NCBI RefSeq assembly: GCF_009914755.1
Contig: NC_060927.1
Length of the DNA stretch: 64,000 nt
DNA from: the human T2T-CHM13v2.0 reference genome, Homo sapiens
Direction: 5' to 3' (one strand)
This document shows, in pieces, positions 16,790-30,656 of the stretch (positions are counted from its first letter, which is position 1; each line of letters starts with the position of its first letter). The notes under the pieces were generated by a model. The model searched no databases and was not told the origin of the DNA. It worked only from the letters and a program-made list of their open reading frames with translations. Both the position numbers and the translations under genes were made by a program.

Positions 16790-17951
16790 CTTATCCCACA
16801 GTCTTAATATCCATTCCCAGACATGCTCCCCAGACTTCTGCTTGTATAACTTAGAAAACTCTAGTTCTTTTGGAGTATATTAATGGTACACTTCCTCATG
16901 AATTATGCTTCGTTTATCACCTTTAGGATCCTGCTAGAACTGAAGTCTAGTTATGGTCTAGAAGCAAGGAAATGATTAATTGGTAGATCCTGAAGAGAAT
17001 CAGCATTATTTTATATTCCAACTGCCTCAGGAGAGGCCATTACTGTTTCCTGGGGCAATGCGGGGTTAACCCCCTCAGATAGAGATGAAAAGGCTGATAC
17101 CTTTGGTGTGGGGAAGTAGGTAGGGGGGTAGGGAGGCCACTTTCACCCAGGGTGGGGAGGCTACTTTTCTTGGGGTTGGAGAAGCCACAACCACTGAGAG
17201 TAGGGAGATCTCTTCCACTGGCGAAGAAGACTCATCAGAATTTAGGTGCTCAATATTCCCAGCTTCATCAGGAGCTTTCCAGACATCCCCATCCCAGCTT
17301 ATAGGTTTCAGTTTTTCCCCAATCGGTGCCCTCATTTTAACAGTACACATCCTTCAAGGCTGGGAGTACAACTTGTATTGCAATTAAGCCAATTACAGGA
17401 TAAGGTCAATAATCTGAGTATCAGCAATATCAGCCCTTCCGCTACAGGAGATAAGGCTCTCACTCAGGGCACACTTAGAAGCTCTTAGGTCATTTGTGCA
17501 GCCCTTGATCTGGGATTTAGAATTTCTAAGCTAATTCTTTGATCTCATCATTTGTCCAGTGACATTAGGAGCAACCAATCAGCATCATTCTATTCCTTAG
17601 TTTTCCAAAAATGTTTTAAAGTATCATATTCAAAGTTATTTAGCTCTTTACTTCTTATAAGTAGTGGGTTAGAAATAGCTAATATAAATATTTTGCATAT
17701 CTCTAAAAATAGTTCCTGCCATGAACTATCAGTCACTGCTTTGCATTTTTATAATCAGATTAGAGAGTCACATCCAGAAGCTCCAAATTCAGTTCAGAAA
17801 ACTCAACTACATGAGCCATTTTCTAATAAGTCTCTTATTACATATCTACATATATCTTATTGGTACTGTTTATTTGGGGAACCCTCAATAGCACAGATTT
17901 TTGGTACCAAGAGGGGTTCTAGAAGAAAATTTTGAGAATGAGTTTTCTGAA

Positions 17952-18400
17952 TATTGGATTGATATAACATCTGCAAGGTGGAGAACCAGGAAAGACAGTT
18001 GTGTAATTCAGTCTGAAGATCTGAAAACCGAGAGAGTTAATGGCATAATTCCTACTTAAAAGCTAAAGGCCTGAGAAACTTAAGAGGATATGAGGCAGAG
18101 GCGTTGGTGTCTAAGTCTCCAAGAACTGGTAACTTCAAGGGTAGGAGGAGATAGCTGTCCCAGCTCAAGAAGATGGAGAAAATTTACCCTTTCTCCACAG
18201 TTATGTTCTCTTTGGGCTCGTAATGGATTGGATGATGCCCACCAACATTGTTGAGGGCAGATACTTTTTACTCAGTCTACTGATTCAATTGATAAGCTAT
18301 TCTAAAACTACTGTCACAGACACATGCAGATATAATGTTTTACCAGCTATTGGAGCATCTCTTAGCCCTGTCAAGTTGACCCATAAAATTAACCACGACT
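17952..18400 (-). mobile_element. MLT2B-type LTR (5' LTR; its 3' end lies in the inverted block 17806-17951)
   Basis: ATGGATTGGATGATGCCCACC...TACTCAGTCTACTGATTCAA...GTCAAGTTGACCCATAAAATTAACCA. Confidence 0.87.
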
Positions 18401-19172
18401 TACCTAATTCATAATTTTCTAATGGCTAAATTCTATTTAACCTTGAATCCTGAGTATCCACAAACTAGCACATTCCTGTTCTTGTCTTCTAGACTCAGCT
18501 ACTTCCCTTTCCTTATTCCAGTCACACTTCTCAATCATCAGTACAAACACTTCAATCATCCTGGCATTTTCATTGATTTAGCTTAAACACGAGGTCTATA
18601 ATTAATGCACAATCTCATTTCCCCCTTCCCTGACCAGGAAAGTCAAAATATTAACTGTGAGCAATCTTTTTAGAGTCACTAATACACTTAAGCCTATCAA
18701 GAGTGAAAGGTATGATAAGCTGTAGACTCCATTCTATTTTGTAAACTTTCTCATTTTCTTCTAACAGAAAGTAACTATACTTCTTAATATACTCATTTAT
18801 ATAAATATGGTAACTAGTAAATATAAATATTTTCTGAGTCATTTTAATTTAAATAGTGAATGAGAAATTAATAGGATATTATTCACTCAAGGAACACTCA
18901 CTGAGGGTCTATAACAAAAACAGTGGGGGCTGTACATTCCCCACAGAAAAAAGAGCATTAAATTGAATTCAAATTTTTCAATGGGCTTTCAGAAGTTTAT
19001 TATGTTTTAAAGCAAAGATAAATTTACACCAATGTCAATGTCTTATGTTATAGCCCATTGCAAAATATGTGTGTATTAATTTTTTATGTCGTAGGTATTA
19101 CTTTACTGACAAATTGAATTAAATTGTATTCTTAGCTGCTTATTTTTATTTCCTAATTTGAAAATGAATTCA

Positions 19173-19490
19173 GGCCAGGTGTGGTGGTTCATGCCTGTAA
19201 TCCTAGCACTTTGGGAAGCCAATGCAGGCAAATTGCTTCAGCCCAGGAGTTCAAGACTAGTCTGGGCAACATGGCAAAATCCAGTCTTTACAAAAATACA
19301 AAAACTTAGCTGGGCATGGCAGCATGTGCCTGTAATCCCAGCTACTCGAGAGGCTGAGGTGGGAGAATCCTTGAGTCTGGGAGGTGGAGGTTGCAGTAAG
19401 CCAAGATCGCACCACTGCACTTCAACCTGGATGACAGAGGGATTCCTTGTCTCCAAAAATAGAACAATAAAATAAAATAAAATAAAAATT
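19173..19490 (+). mobile_element. AluJ (Jb-like)
   Basis: Dimeric Alu with GCCCAGGAGTTCAAGAC...CTGGGCAACA. TSD AAAATGAATTCA at 19161 and 19525. Confidence 0.93.
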
Positions 19491-20649
19491 CATTTTAAAA
19501 ATGTTAAAAAGAAGGAAAGTTATAAAAATGAATTCAGACTTATTTTTAAAAGCCTGAAACTATCAGTTTTTTAAGCTTATACTTTCAAATACCAAAAAAC
19601 TCTAAACATTGCAAGATACATTAACTCTAAGATTTTTTTTCCAAGTTCCAAATTCTATGATTATGGCAAATATGGACCAATTGCAAATATTACTTCCAAA
19701 TCTTAAAAATTGTTCAACATTGCCCAAATGTGGAGATAAAGGGTGTTTGTCCAAAATAACAGTGCATTTTTAATTTAGGCCTCTAAAATAAATAGCTTAT
19801 CCTGAGCATGGAAGCTTTGAAAATAAATTCAGCAAACCCTGAGATTCCTTAAAAAATAAACAAAACTTAATACTAAGAAATTCAATGAAGTCTATAAGAA
19901 CACTAATTTTTTCTCCTTATAATATAGGTCAGAAAATCTGTTTAACATTAGAGAAGGCAAATAAGTGTCATAACATTAAGGATAGATATGAAATAATTTA
20001 AAGATGATGGAGATTCTTTACATGCAACAAATTAACTTTAAACAAATAATGAAATAATTTTAGCACCACAAAATTCTTCTGTGTCCTGAGATGTGTGTGT
20101 GTGCCTGTGAGCCTGTAGTGTGTGTATGTGTGTACAAGCTGGTGTGTGCCCTGAAGGGTGGTGATGAAGGAATAAGGGTTGTTGTGGTCAGAATTGTCAC
20201 ATATTTCTGTCTACACTATTCTTATCTGAAAATCGAGTAAGGAGAACTACGTGTTCTCTAATGTTCCTTAAAATTGTAAGAATTCTATGCAAAGTTTGGA
20301 CCAGTTTTTAACAAATCAATTATAATGTATTTTTTTATTGTCTCAAGTTAGATTATCATGAATCTCAACCCAGCCTAGACAAAATAATATCCCTTTAGTG
20401 ATGTATAAAAAAAATTAGTTACAATTATTTCTCCTTTACTTTTTCTTATTTTTATTCAGTCATTTCCTTCACTTTGGCAGTGAACAAACCACTTGCCCTA
20501 GGCCCTAATAACTTTGAAAAGCAATCTGAGCTTAAAAATCAATTTAATGGCATGTTTCTATAGCATTAGGGTCCATTGCTTGCCTGTATTTGGCAAAGTT
20601 AAATGAGAAGGTGATCTGTTATAACACCTATAAAAATAAATGTACTCAC

Positions 20650-20837
20650 AGCAGTGAAAGCCCATGAAAGTCCAGGAGGCCTCACTGTGCATGTCAGCTC
20701 TAAACATCTGTGCATCTCCATCAGCCTCCAGGAACAAGAAGAGATGACGGGGCCTGGGTGTTGGCATTCACCAGCATTGCCATTTTCTTTCAAATTTAGT
20801 GTCCAACAATTTTGCCGACTGGCTCACTACAGTGAAT
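20650..20837 (-). other. Candidate spliced exon (188 nt)
   Basis: Minus-strand acceptor CTCTAAACCATTCCAG| and donor GCT|GTGAGTA in unique, more GC-rich sequence. All three frames contain stops. Confidence 0.3.
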
Positions 20838-22208
20838 CTGGAATGGTTTAGAGACTTGATTTCATAAAATGTGGTAATTCCTTTCTCTTTCTGAAAGTAT
20901 ATTTGGTGAATGCTAAATGAATCAGATACTTTTTGAGAATTCTTAACCCTTGATTCTGCCAGCACATTGCTGGTCGGCCTGTCGTTAGCTCTGTTCTTAA
21001 TGTTCTGCCATTATTGCGAAGAGTACCAAATGTAAGGGCACAGTATGGGATAATTATATTACTTTTATTTGCAATTTTCACCCATGTTTCAGCATTCCTT
21101 CATTTATTCTTTTTCTGAGTGGATAAAAATGATTGTCTCTTTTTAAAAGTATTTGTGATTAATTTTGATTATGACTCTACATACTTTGTACACCTCAAAT
21201 AAATCTTACGATAGTTAATAACATACACCATTTTTAGGTATATATTTGTTTCTTCTGTGATGATGCTTAGCATCAGGATCAGCCTTATAGCTTTTCATTT
21301 TTGATAGCATCTATTATGTTTTAATTTTTAAAACTATATGTTTCCTTGAATCACTGTGAAAATAAGCTTAGTATTTTTAAGAAATCCACACCTTTAGTCC
21401 AAGGATAAAAAGAATCTCTACTACTTGGCTATCTAAGGTGTGATTTAAGACCAACGGAGTCACCTTAATTTTAGAGCTTTGTAGACATTTGAAATCACCT
21501 ACCCCACCCTAGACTTCTGCTTTAACACATCCGCTGGGGATTCTTCTGCGCATGAATATTGGAGAAGCACTGCTCTGGCAATCTTTTGAACACACACATA
21601 ATCACTTTTTTAGTGCCAAGCTTTTATTTTTATCTACAAACCCAAGCCTAACTGGTTTTAGATTTCGTTTAAAGATATGATCTAACCTTTTGATAATATG
21701 CCTAATATACTCTATACAAAAAAAGTAAGGGTTATATTTGCTATTTTCCTTTAAAGTATTGACTAAGAATCTTACATAATGTCAACACTGTGTGTTTATG
21801 CTAGAATTTTATAGTATACCCTAATTTGAAATAAAAAAGTGTGGATGTTTAAAAACATGTAAAATATCAGGTGATTATTTTGTGAAAGACCTTGGCAGTC
21901 TACCAAAGGATTCTCCATAATATTTTCTGTTTCAACTATAATAATTCAATTTATAAAGATTCAATTTATATACAATTGCAGAGCACATATAAGACAGCAA
22001 ATGGATTATGGCAGCAGCAATTGTATGGGGGTTATGAAACCAAGAATGGTTCTATAAATAGGCAACCCAGAGACAGTACCATGTATTCCTTCAGGTTCAG
22101 CCAGAAACTTGGTGCATTTATCAGCATAGATCATTAAATCCTAAACACTTTTATCTTAGTTTTTCCAAAAGATCTGTACAAGATTTTTAAATAGCAAATT
22201 ACAGACAG

Positions 22209-23093
22209 ACAGTTTTTTGGAAAGAAAACCCATAGTATTTGAAGAAAAGTATAAATTAAATACATTTAATGTTGAATTATTAGAAAATGAATGAATTCAT
22301 ATTCATAAAAGAACAAATTCTTATTCTTGTATCTTTAATTCAGCGTTGCAAATCAGAATTTTCATTTGCCCTTTTCATTATTTACAACATTTTATTTTAC
22401 ATAAATTATGTCAACATCTTAGCAAATCTAAAGTATCTGTCTAATCAAACCAAACCAGTTTACTGACTGCCATGAAACTTTCATAAGAACTCACAGATTT
22501 TACTTCTCAACAAAATAAATCACAATAAGTGGATAAACAAATGTTGATTTCATTTCCATGAAATTGGAAAATATTTGGTTATTTCAAAATATCCTTAAAA
22601 AATTAGTGGGGCATGCTGGGACACAATTGTCATCACAGCTACTTGTGACGCTGAGATGGGAGGATTGTTTGAGCCTAGGAGTTCAAGGCTGTAGTGAGAA
22701 GTGAGCTGTGATTGCACCACTGCACTCCAGCTTGGGCAAAAGACCGAGATCCTCTCCCTCTCTTAAAAAAGAAAAGAAATAAGATATCTTAAATAAAATC
22801 TTTCCTCTTCTCAAATTCTCTAGTATATCAGTTTCCACAATTTTTTTTTGGAAAGAAAACCCACTGCATTTGGAGAAAAGTATAAATTAAATACATTTAA
22901 TGTTGAATTATTAGAAAACTAATGATTTCTTTCTCATAAAAGATCAAATTCTTATTCTTGTATCTTTATCTCAGTGTTGCAAACCAGAATTTTTATTTGC
23001 CTTTTACATTATTTGCAATATTTTATTGTAAGTAAATTATTTCAATATCTTAGCAAATCTAAAGTCTCTATCCAATGAAACTAGACCAGTTTA
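22209..23093. repeat. Local direct duplication of ~250 bp (22209-22462 and 22837-23093)
   Basis: TTTTTTGGAAAGAAAACCCA...GCAAATCTAAAGT...ACCAGTTTA occurs twice, about 630 bp apart. Confidence 0.93.
22598..22780 (+). mobile_element. Alu right monomer (FRAM or truncated AluJ)
   Basis: GGGAGGATTGTTTGAGCCTAGGAGTTCAAGGCTGTAGTGAG...GCACCACTGCACTCCAGC followed by an A-tail. Confidence 0.85.
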
Positions 23094-24453
23094 GTTTAAT
23101 TCAAAGTAAAATTACAATAACTAATTTAGCTGATTTTCTATTAGTTGTATCATCATTTCAAAAAAACAAGCAATAGATGAATATCATTTTACATCATTCC
23201 TTTTTGGATTACATAAATATCAAAATATATTTGTATTAAGTTTCTTCAGCCTACTCAATTATTCTTAATGTGAATCAAATGAAAGAGTTAAATAAAGTAT
23301 TATTAATAGGAATCATATGGTTACCATGATATGCATATAATGATGTATCTCATATAAAGCCATTCCCTTTCTCTATATTCACATCAGGAACAGCAGGTTT
23401 TACTTTTTGTTTTGTCCTATTTATCCTAGCTTCTTTCACATTATGAAAGAAGTAGAAAATATTTTGATAAATATTTAATAAAGCAGTAGAATAATATTCT
23501 ATGTAATAAATAGAAGATCTATTTATACAATTATATTTACAGAGGGGTAACAACTAGAAACATCAACCAAAGGTGTTTCCTCCATAACTTTAGCTCATGA
23601 AAATGAATGTAATGGATTCTCTGAGAGCAAGAAGAAATGTCCCAACAGCACTGGTACCACCCTGTGCTGAGATAGAAATACTCATCTGTGCTGGCATCTC
23701 AGGGGCTCCAGCCTAAACTAACCTTATCATGGATGGCAGGCAGGAAAGGAGACCCTGGGAGATACTGCCCAACCATTGTTTCTTTAGCAAACAATCAAGC
23801 CTTTTCTTAAAGAGCAAAAAAATGATGCCATCAGGTGTCAGCTCCTCCAGTCTCTCATTCTTTCCCTAATAACTTGATACCCACACATCTATCTTGATAC
23901 CACACATCCTTACATCACCCCCTCCACTGAAAATAAGGACCTTTTTCTTCATGGAGTCCAGTGCATTAATTTCTCCTATTCCTGACTCCATCCACTAGCC
24001 CATAGCTTCAAAGGCTCTCTCTTCTTATAAAGACATATTTTCTTGTATTTCTCATTTGAAAAAAAAAATGGCTTTCCTTTACATAGCACGTCCTTCCCAG
24101 GTTACTACTACATTTGTCCTTCCAAAGGCTAGGGATTCTCCATTAATTGTCAAATTAACAACTGCTTCAGTCTTGTCTCACTTGCCTTATCTGCTTTGCT
24201 TTATGAGTGCTAAGCCACATCATCTTCTCCCCATTTAGGGTGCTTCATGTCTCTCTGCCCCATTCTCCTCTTCTGCGTTCCTCGGTATACCCATGAATAC
24301 TCTTTCCCTGGCCCTTTTCTCTTCTCATTTTTCCTCATCTTCTTTCCTCTATGTTCTCTGACTTTTCATCTGGAATTACTTACTACTATTTGTTATTCAA
24401 TCGGTCACTGAATGTAAAGATACTACTCTGCCCCAACCCTCTCCTTCTCACAC

Positions 24454-24907
24454 TGTTTTGGTTTGAATTGTAATTCCCAGAAAGATATGTTAAAGTCTTA
24501 ACCTCTAATACCTGTGAACATGACCTTATTTGGAAATACATTTTTTGCAGATATAATGAAATTAAAATGAGGTCATTAGGGTGAACCCCTAATTCCGGAC
24601 TGGTGCCCTTTTAACAAAGGAATTAGGACACAGACTTGTATATCAATAGAACACTTCAAGGACACAAAGGCAGAGATCAGGGTAATGAATCTACAGGCCG
24701 GAGAACACCAAAGATTACCAATAAACCACCAGAAGCTAAGAGAGAGGCACGAATCACGTGTCCCTCAGAGCCCGCGGAAAGAATCAACACTCTCAACCTC
24801 CTACTTTCAGACTTACTGCTTTCAGAACAATGAGATGATGCATTTCTGTTGTTTGAGGCTACCCAGTCAGAGAAACTTTGTTAGGACAACCCTAGGATGT
24901 TAATACA
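24454..24907 (+). mobile_element. MLT1C-like MaLR solo LTR
   Basis: GACCTTATTTGGAAATA, ATGAGGTCATTAGGGTG and CCACCAGAAGCTAAGAGAGAGGCA; ends TAATACA. TSD CACAC/CACCC. Confidence 0.85.
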
Positions 24908-26880
24908 CACCCATGCCCTTCTGCTGAGAATTTCGGAGACTGATGCAGCCCAAGTTTCTCAGCGTAATACATGAAGAGCAATTATAACCGTTTCTTGCTA
25001 ATCCTCCTCTTCATCAATTGCTACCTCCATTTACCTTCTGCTGCTTTATGTACCATGATGATGCTTCTGTTAATCTTTCCCTTAGCACCCACTGCTCTGC
25101 GGTTTTATGTCCATTCCTTCTCAGGCTCATTCTCTTCCTCTGTAGTCCTTCATCTGTAATGCGAGTTACCCTTGCCTGATAGGTATACCGTTTTTTGTTC
25201 TACAAAAGCCAGTTTCAATTTCATTTTTTCTTTGATGACTTTCTTGACTCCTCTTCTGAAATTGCCCATTCATCTGTAGTTTCATTTACTATCTCCTGTC
25301 AGTGCCTATTATGAGATTGGGATTTGGAAGGTGTTTTTCTCTACGTCCTTCAACTCTAACACAGTGGCTGGCCTGTAGCAGTTGGTGACTTTATTATTTA
25401 ATAAACATTTGTGTACTTACTACATGTAAGAATGTTCAAGTAATCTGATTTAAGATCTAAGAAACAAGGATGAAGCAATCTTCTGTATAGAGGTTTAGTT
25501 TTTAATGAGAAGTTAAGACATTATGATGTATAAACAAATCTGTACTGTAATATTATGTGTGGTATTCAGGCAGCAACACGTAGAAAAACAGATTAATTCT
25601 GAATAAAACCCAGTAGGTCCTTCAAACAAAACTGAAATTTATTGACTCAATAAAAATACTTGATAATTTTTTATTACTTATTCTCTATACAGAAGTTTTT
25701 AAAAATTGTGTCCTCATTAGTAAAATAAATTTATAGATTAAAGGCTAACTTGCTCAAAATAGACTGCTAACATCATAAATGTTTCATCATACATTGATCC
25801 TGGTGGTGCCAAGAATCAGTCAGTCAGGTTGTGATCTGAGCTTTAGCATGAGTGATCAGCTACAGAGACAGCACTCAGCAAGATCACTAAGAAAAGCAGA
25901 AAAACAACATGCAGGGCCTAGATTTTAACATCAGCAAAATACTAAAGAAGTTCTCAATAGTTATTACATTTTTAAGCATCTCAGTATATATGGCTTCATA
26001 AGGTATAGTAGACTTGAGAAGAGAAGAAAAGACTAGAACTAAAGATAATTTGGATGTATCTTGGCCTATTGGTTCAGAGTCTAGAAATTTAACTCCATGG
26101 AGACACGGTCAATACAGATCAACTAATTTGTTCTTTCTGGCACTATTGCTGCAACAGCAACAACGTATTTGAACCTGTAATCATTTCTATAACAGTAAGA
26201 CAGTTGTTTGACATTCTCATCTTGGAAAGGAGAATATATTTAAATATGATTATTTGCATCAGGGCAAATTTGATGCAAAGTTGCAACAGTACATCGATTG
26301 CAAATATAAACTATGGTCACATATCAGAAACAGTCATTGTATCTGAATTGTCTCTTATTTAACGATCACAAACAAATCATTTAAACAGTAATTCCATCTT
26401 AACAGTTGATGCTGTTAACTGTATATCAATGCTATTTAACCCTTCTTATACATTTCATGATCACAGATTACAGCCAGGCATTTTTTCCACTACTTCCTGT
26501 AAATCCTACAAATTTCCTCTTGTGAGTGGTCTTTTCTAACTCTTTTATAACTATTTCAAACCTTTCACTCCCTCCCACTCCACCACCACTCTCAGTATAT
26601 AGCCCAGCCTTTTATCTCACAGAGAAAATAGATAGCAATATGCTCAGCCACCAGCTACCAAATTGGCTAACCTACTTGTATATGTGTTAATCTCGCACCG
26701 TCACTCTCTTTCTAAAGAAGAACTGTCCTCCAGTCTTTCTAAACCTTCTTGAAAATTTTGAGTCATGGATTACTGGTTTCCAGAGTATGGAACCTTATTC
26801 TTCCTATTGAATTCATTCATTCTTTCTTATTTTATTTTTTTTCTACATCAATTCAAAGTTTACTGCCAGGTGTTATTCTA

Positions 26881-27184
<304 letters not shown>

Positions 27185-27534
27185 GCTGGGTATTATTGTA
27201 ATTGCTGGTAGTACAGTAGATAATGGATCTGCCCTCAGGTTATCTGGAATATAGCATTTACTGCACCCTTTCTGTCAGCCTGTGCACATGCTTCAGTCTC
27301 TCCCATTTGAAAGTCCAGCAAATACAACCTACGCATCAGCTCCACATTTCCTCCAGTTATGTCTTACCACTGTCTACTCATTCAAAGCTGAACGTAATTA
27401 CTAAGTTGTTAAATTCAAGCACGTCATTTCTTCATGCCCGGACTTATCCTCCAATCTATTTCAATTTGATGTCTTGTCTTTGGTGCATTACCAAAAGGTT
27501 TAGATTCAAACAATTCATAAACGTACACTCTTTT

Positions 27535-28397
27535 AGTTTACTTTTTTGTTATTTTGTTTTTAACTTTTATTTTAGGTTTAGGGTTACATGTGCAGCTTTG
27601 TTATACAGGTGTATTGTGTTGTGTTGTAGGGGCTTGCTGTACAGATTATTTTGTCACTCAGGTAATAAGAATAGTGCCCAATAAGTAGGTTTTCAATCCT
27701 CAGTCTCTTCCCACGCTCCAACCTCAAGTAGACCCCAATATCTGTTGTTTCCTTCTTTGTGTTGATATGTATTTGAAGTTTAACTCCCACTTATAAGTGA
27801 GAACAGGCAGTATTTGGTTTTCCATTCCTGTGTTAGTTTGCTTAGGATAATGGCCTCCAGCTCCATCTATGTTGCTGCAAAAGACATGAATTCATTCTCT
27901 TCATGGTTGCATAGTATTCCACGTGTATATGTACCACGTTTTTAAATCCAGTCTGTCATTGATGGGCTTTTAGGTTGATTCTTTGCTATCATGAATAGTG
28001 CAGCAATGAACATATGTCTTTATGGTAGAATAATTTATGTTCTTTGGGTATATATTCAATAGTGGAATTGTTGGGTTGAGTGGGAATTCTGTTTAGATTC
28101 TTTGAGGAATCTCTAAACTGCTTTCCACAATAGCTGAACTAATTTATTGGGTTGGTGCAATAGTAATTGCAGTTTTTGCCATTACTTTTAGTGGCAAAAA
28201 CTACAGTTAATTTTGGACAAACCTAACAGGTTTTCACCAGCAGCGTAAAAGTGTTCCCTTCTCTCCACAACCTCACCAGCAACTGTTATTCCTCGATTTT
28301 TTAGTAATAGCCATTCTGACTGGTTTGAGATGGTATCTCATTGTGGTTTTGATTTGTATTTATTTAATTACCGATGGACATGTTTTCGTATGCTTGT
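27535..28397 (-). mobile_element. Older L1PA (PA13-16-like) 3' fragment
   Basis: CCCACTTATAAGTGAGAACA, TTTGCTTAGGATAATGGCCTCCAGCTCCATC and GAGATGGTATCTCATTGTGGTTTTGATTTG. Confidence 0.9.
28147..28226. mobile_element. MADE1 (Hsmar1-derived 80-bp MITE) inserted in L1
   Basis: TTGGGTTGGTGCAATAGTAATTGCAGTTTTTGCCATTACTTTTAGTGGCAAAAACTACAGTTAATTTTGGACAAACCTAA. Palindromic, 80 bp, flanked by TA and CA. Confidence 0.93.
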
Positions 28398-28529
28398 CAT
28401 ACACTGTTTTTAAACAAAAAAATACCTTGATGTCTTTGGTCAGTCTATTTCAAATTTATGTATATTTGCCTTTACTACCAGTAAAATTTGTCCTGCTAAG
28501 TTTTGAACTTCCTTGGCACAAGTGACCCC

Positions 28530-29300
28530 TTTGTTCTTTCCAATTATCTTTTTGAAATTGGAGTGTTTATCCTATGCCTGTTCATTATATTTTGGAAGAA
28601 GAAAACTCATTTCCTAGTTGAAATCCACAGATGAAGGGTTATTTTCCCCACGGCAGATTGTACCCAGTCTCTCTTGTAGCTGATTTAGATGGTTTAGAAG
28701 ATAAAAATTTGGACTTTGAGCTGTTGCTGGAGTGGTTTAAAACTCCCAAGGATGTTAAGATGTCGTGAAAACATTTTGCACTTAGAAGGACGTGAATTTT
28801 GGGCCCAAAGGGTGGGTAAGTTGTAGTGAGTGGACTGTAGTCTCTAAAAAGTTATGATTGAGTCCTCCCTCACAGTAGTTGTGAATGTGACTTATTTGGC
28901 ATTGAGGTGCTTACATAGGTAACCAAGTTAAGATGGAATCATACTAACTTATGTCTTCATAAGAAAAAGGAGTGGGAGATTTAGACACAGAAACCTCCCC
29001 TCTCTCCCCATGAGCACCGCCCCACCGCCCAACACACACAGGGAAGAAGGCCATGTGAAGGTAGAGATAGAGATTGGAGTGAATTTCTACAAGCCAAGAG
29101 GTGCCCAGCATTGCCAGCAACCAAAGAAAGCTAGAAAAGGCAAGGAAGCCACCTTCCCTAAAGCCTTTGGAGGGAGTGTGGTCCTGCTGACCTGTCTACG
29201 ACTGCGGAGAATACATTTTGTTGTTTTTAGCTACCTGGTTAGTGGTCATTTGTTGTAGCAGCCCTAGAAAACTAATACAGATCTTGGTAGTCCAGAGTAG
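28530..29300 (+). mobile_element. MLT1 internal 3' fragment plus MLT1C-like LTR (about 28822-29279)
   Basis: Internal motifs CCTATGCCTGT..ATTTTGGAAG and TTTGGACTTTGAG. LTR motifs GAAGGCCATGTGAAG...AGCAGCCCTAGAAAACTAATACA. Confidence 0.8.
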
Positions 29301-30567
29301 TTCATTCTGAATTAGTATTGAAGAAACCATTAAAAAAAGTCAACTTAAAGAGACATAAAAATTTAAAGCAACCCTCAGGGTAACTTTCTAAATTTGGAAT
29401 ACGTGAACTTGTAACTGTACGTGTTCATAACTTGTCACATTTGCTTAGAGAGAAAAGTTCCATAGCCATTTTATATAATTCATTGGTGGATTGTTGGTAT
29501 TTGTAACTTTAGGGCATTAATTGCATTGTGGGTTTTAAAAACAGGGGCATTTTGGAAGTTTTGAGAACTTTGGTGGGACAAGATTAATAAAAGCTGAAGA
29601 GCCAGTGAGAGTTTCTTTGGTGGAGAATTTTAAAAATTGGAAGAAGAGAAGGTAGGATGAAGAAAGCAGGGAAGGAAACACATTTAAGTTATCAAAAATA
29701 ATAGAAATAAAGATGAATGGATTGGTAATTTCATATGTCAATAAACTTTAAGGAAATGAACCTCATATAGTTAATTTTCTGCCTTATTTGGTTGTTAATC
29801 ACCAGCTCAGATAATTCAGGTCCTCAGTTATGTTTTTTTGTTCTAATTAAATGGAGTTTGCTATTAATAATAAAGTTAAGTCAATTATTTAATTTTATTT
29901 GCCTATATTTAATTTTCTATTTATATAATATCAATTTACATGTAGTATAGATGTATTCAGTTTTAAAGTGTAAATAACTAAAAACATTCTAATTATTACA
30001 AAGCATGTTTTTAATCCTTATATCTTTTGTGTTTAAAAATACTTAAGAAACACGGAATTATGTCAATGTTTATCTTGGTTTTGGAGGCTTTAAATAGTAT
30101 AACATCCCATTCCTTTTGTATAAAAATGTATCTCTAAAGTGCAGACTGAAATAAATCTTGAGGGTCAATTTTTACACATTGTTATGTATAAAGACCATAT
30201 TTTAGCAAGGTGAATGTCTTCATCAAAGAACAAAATCTGAGATGTTCTTGCAAAAGCAATTGACAAAGTTTGAATCGTGGTTAAGTAATTTTCGTGTTAC
30301 TTTCTACTAAGTAGATTATTAGTGCTGCTTCTGCATTTCCAACTCTGTAAATCTTACAAATGACAACACTACAAGATACTGCAGTTTTTATTTGTGAATA
30401 TTGGAGTGGGACATTGGAATAATTTATTTCCTTGTCAAAATTATGAAAAAGGAGAAGTTAGAATTCCTTTAAAGAAAAAAATACATGATTAGGTTTTCTG
30501 AATTAAACATGATATTAACTATTTGAATAGACAGTTCAGAATTCAAGAAGAAATATCAAATTACTAG

Positions 30568-30656
30568 ATAACGTAAGATCTGGTAGGAAAAATATAACCC
30601 TAAGGTATATAATGTAACATCTGGTAGGGAAAATATACCCCTAGTGTATATAATGT
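30568..30656. repeat. Tandem duplication, 41-bp unit
   Basis: ATCTGGTAGG(A/G)AAAATATA at 30578 and 30619. Confidence 0.9.

Noticed and set aside
16470-16883. 137-aa ORF, and similar ORFs at 19158, 26936, 36282 and 49829
   Set aside because: These are translations of Alu sequence.
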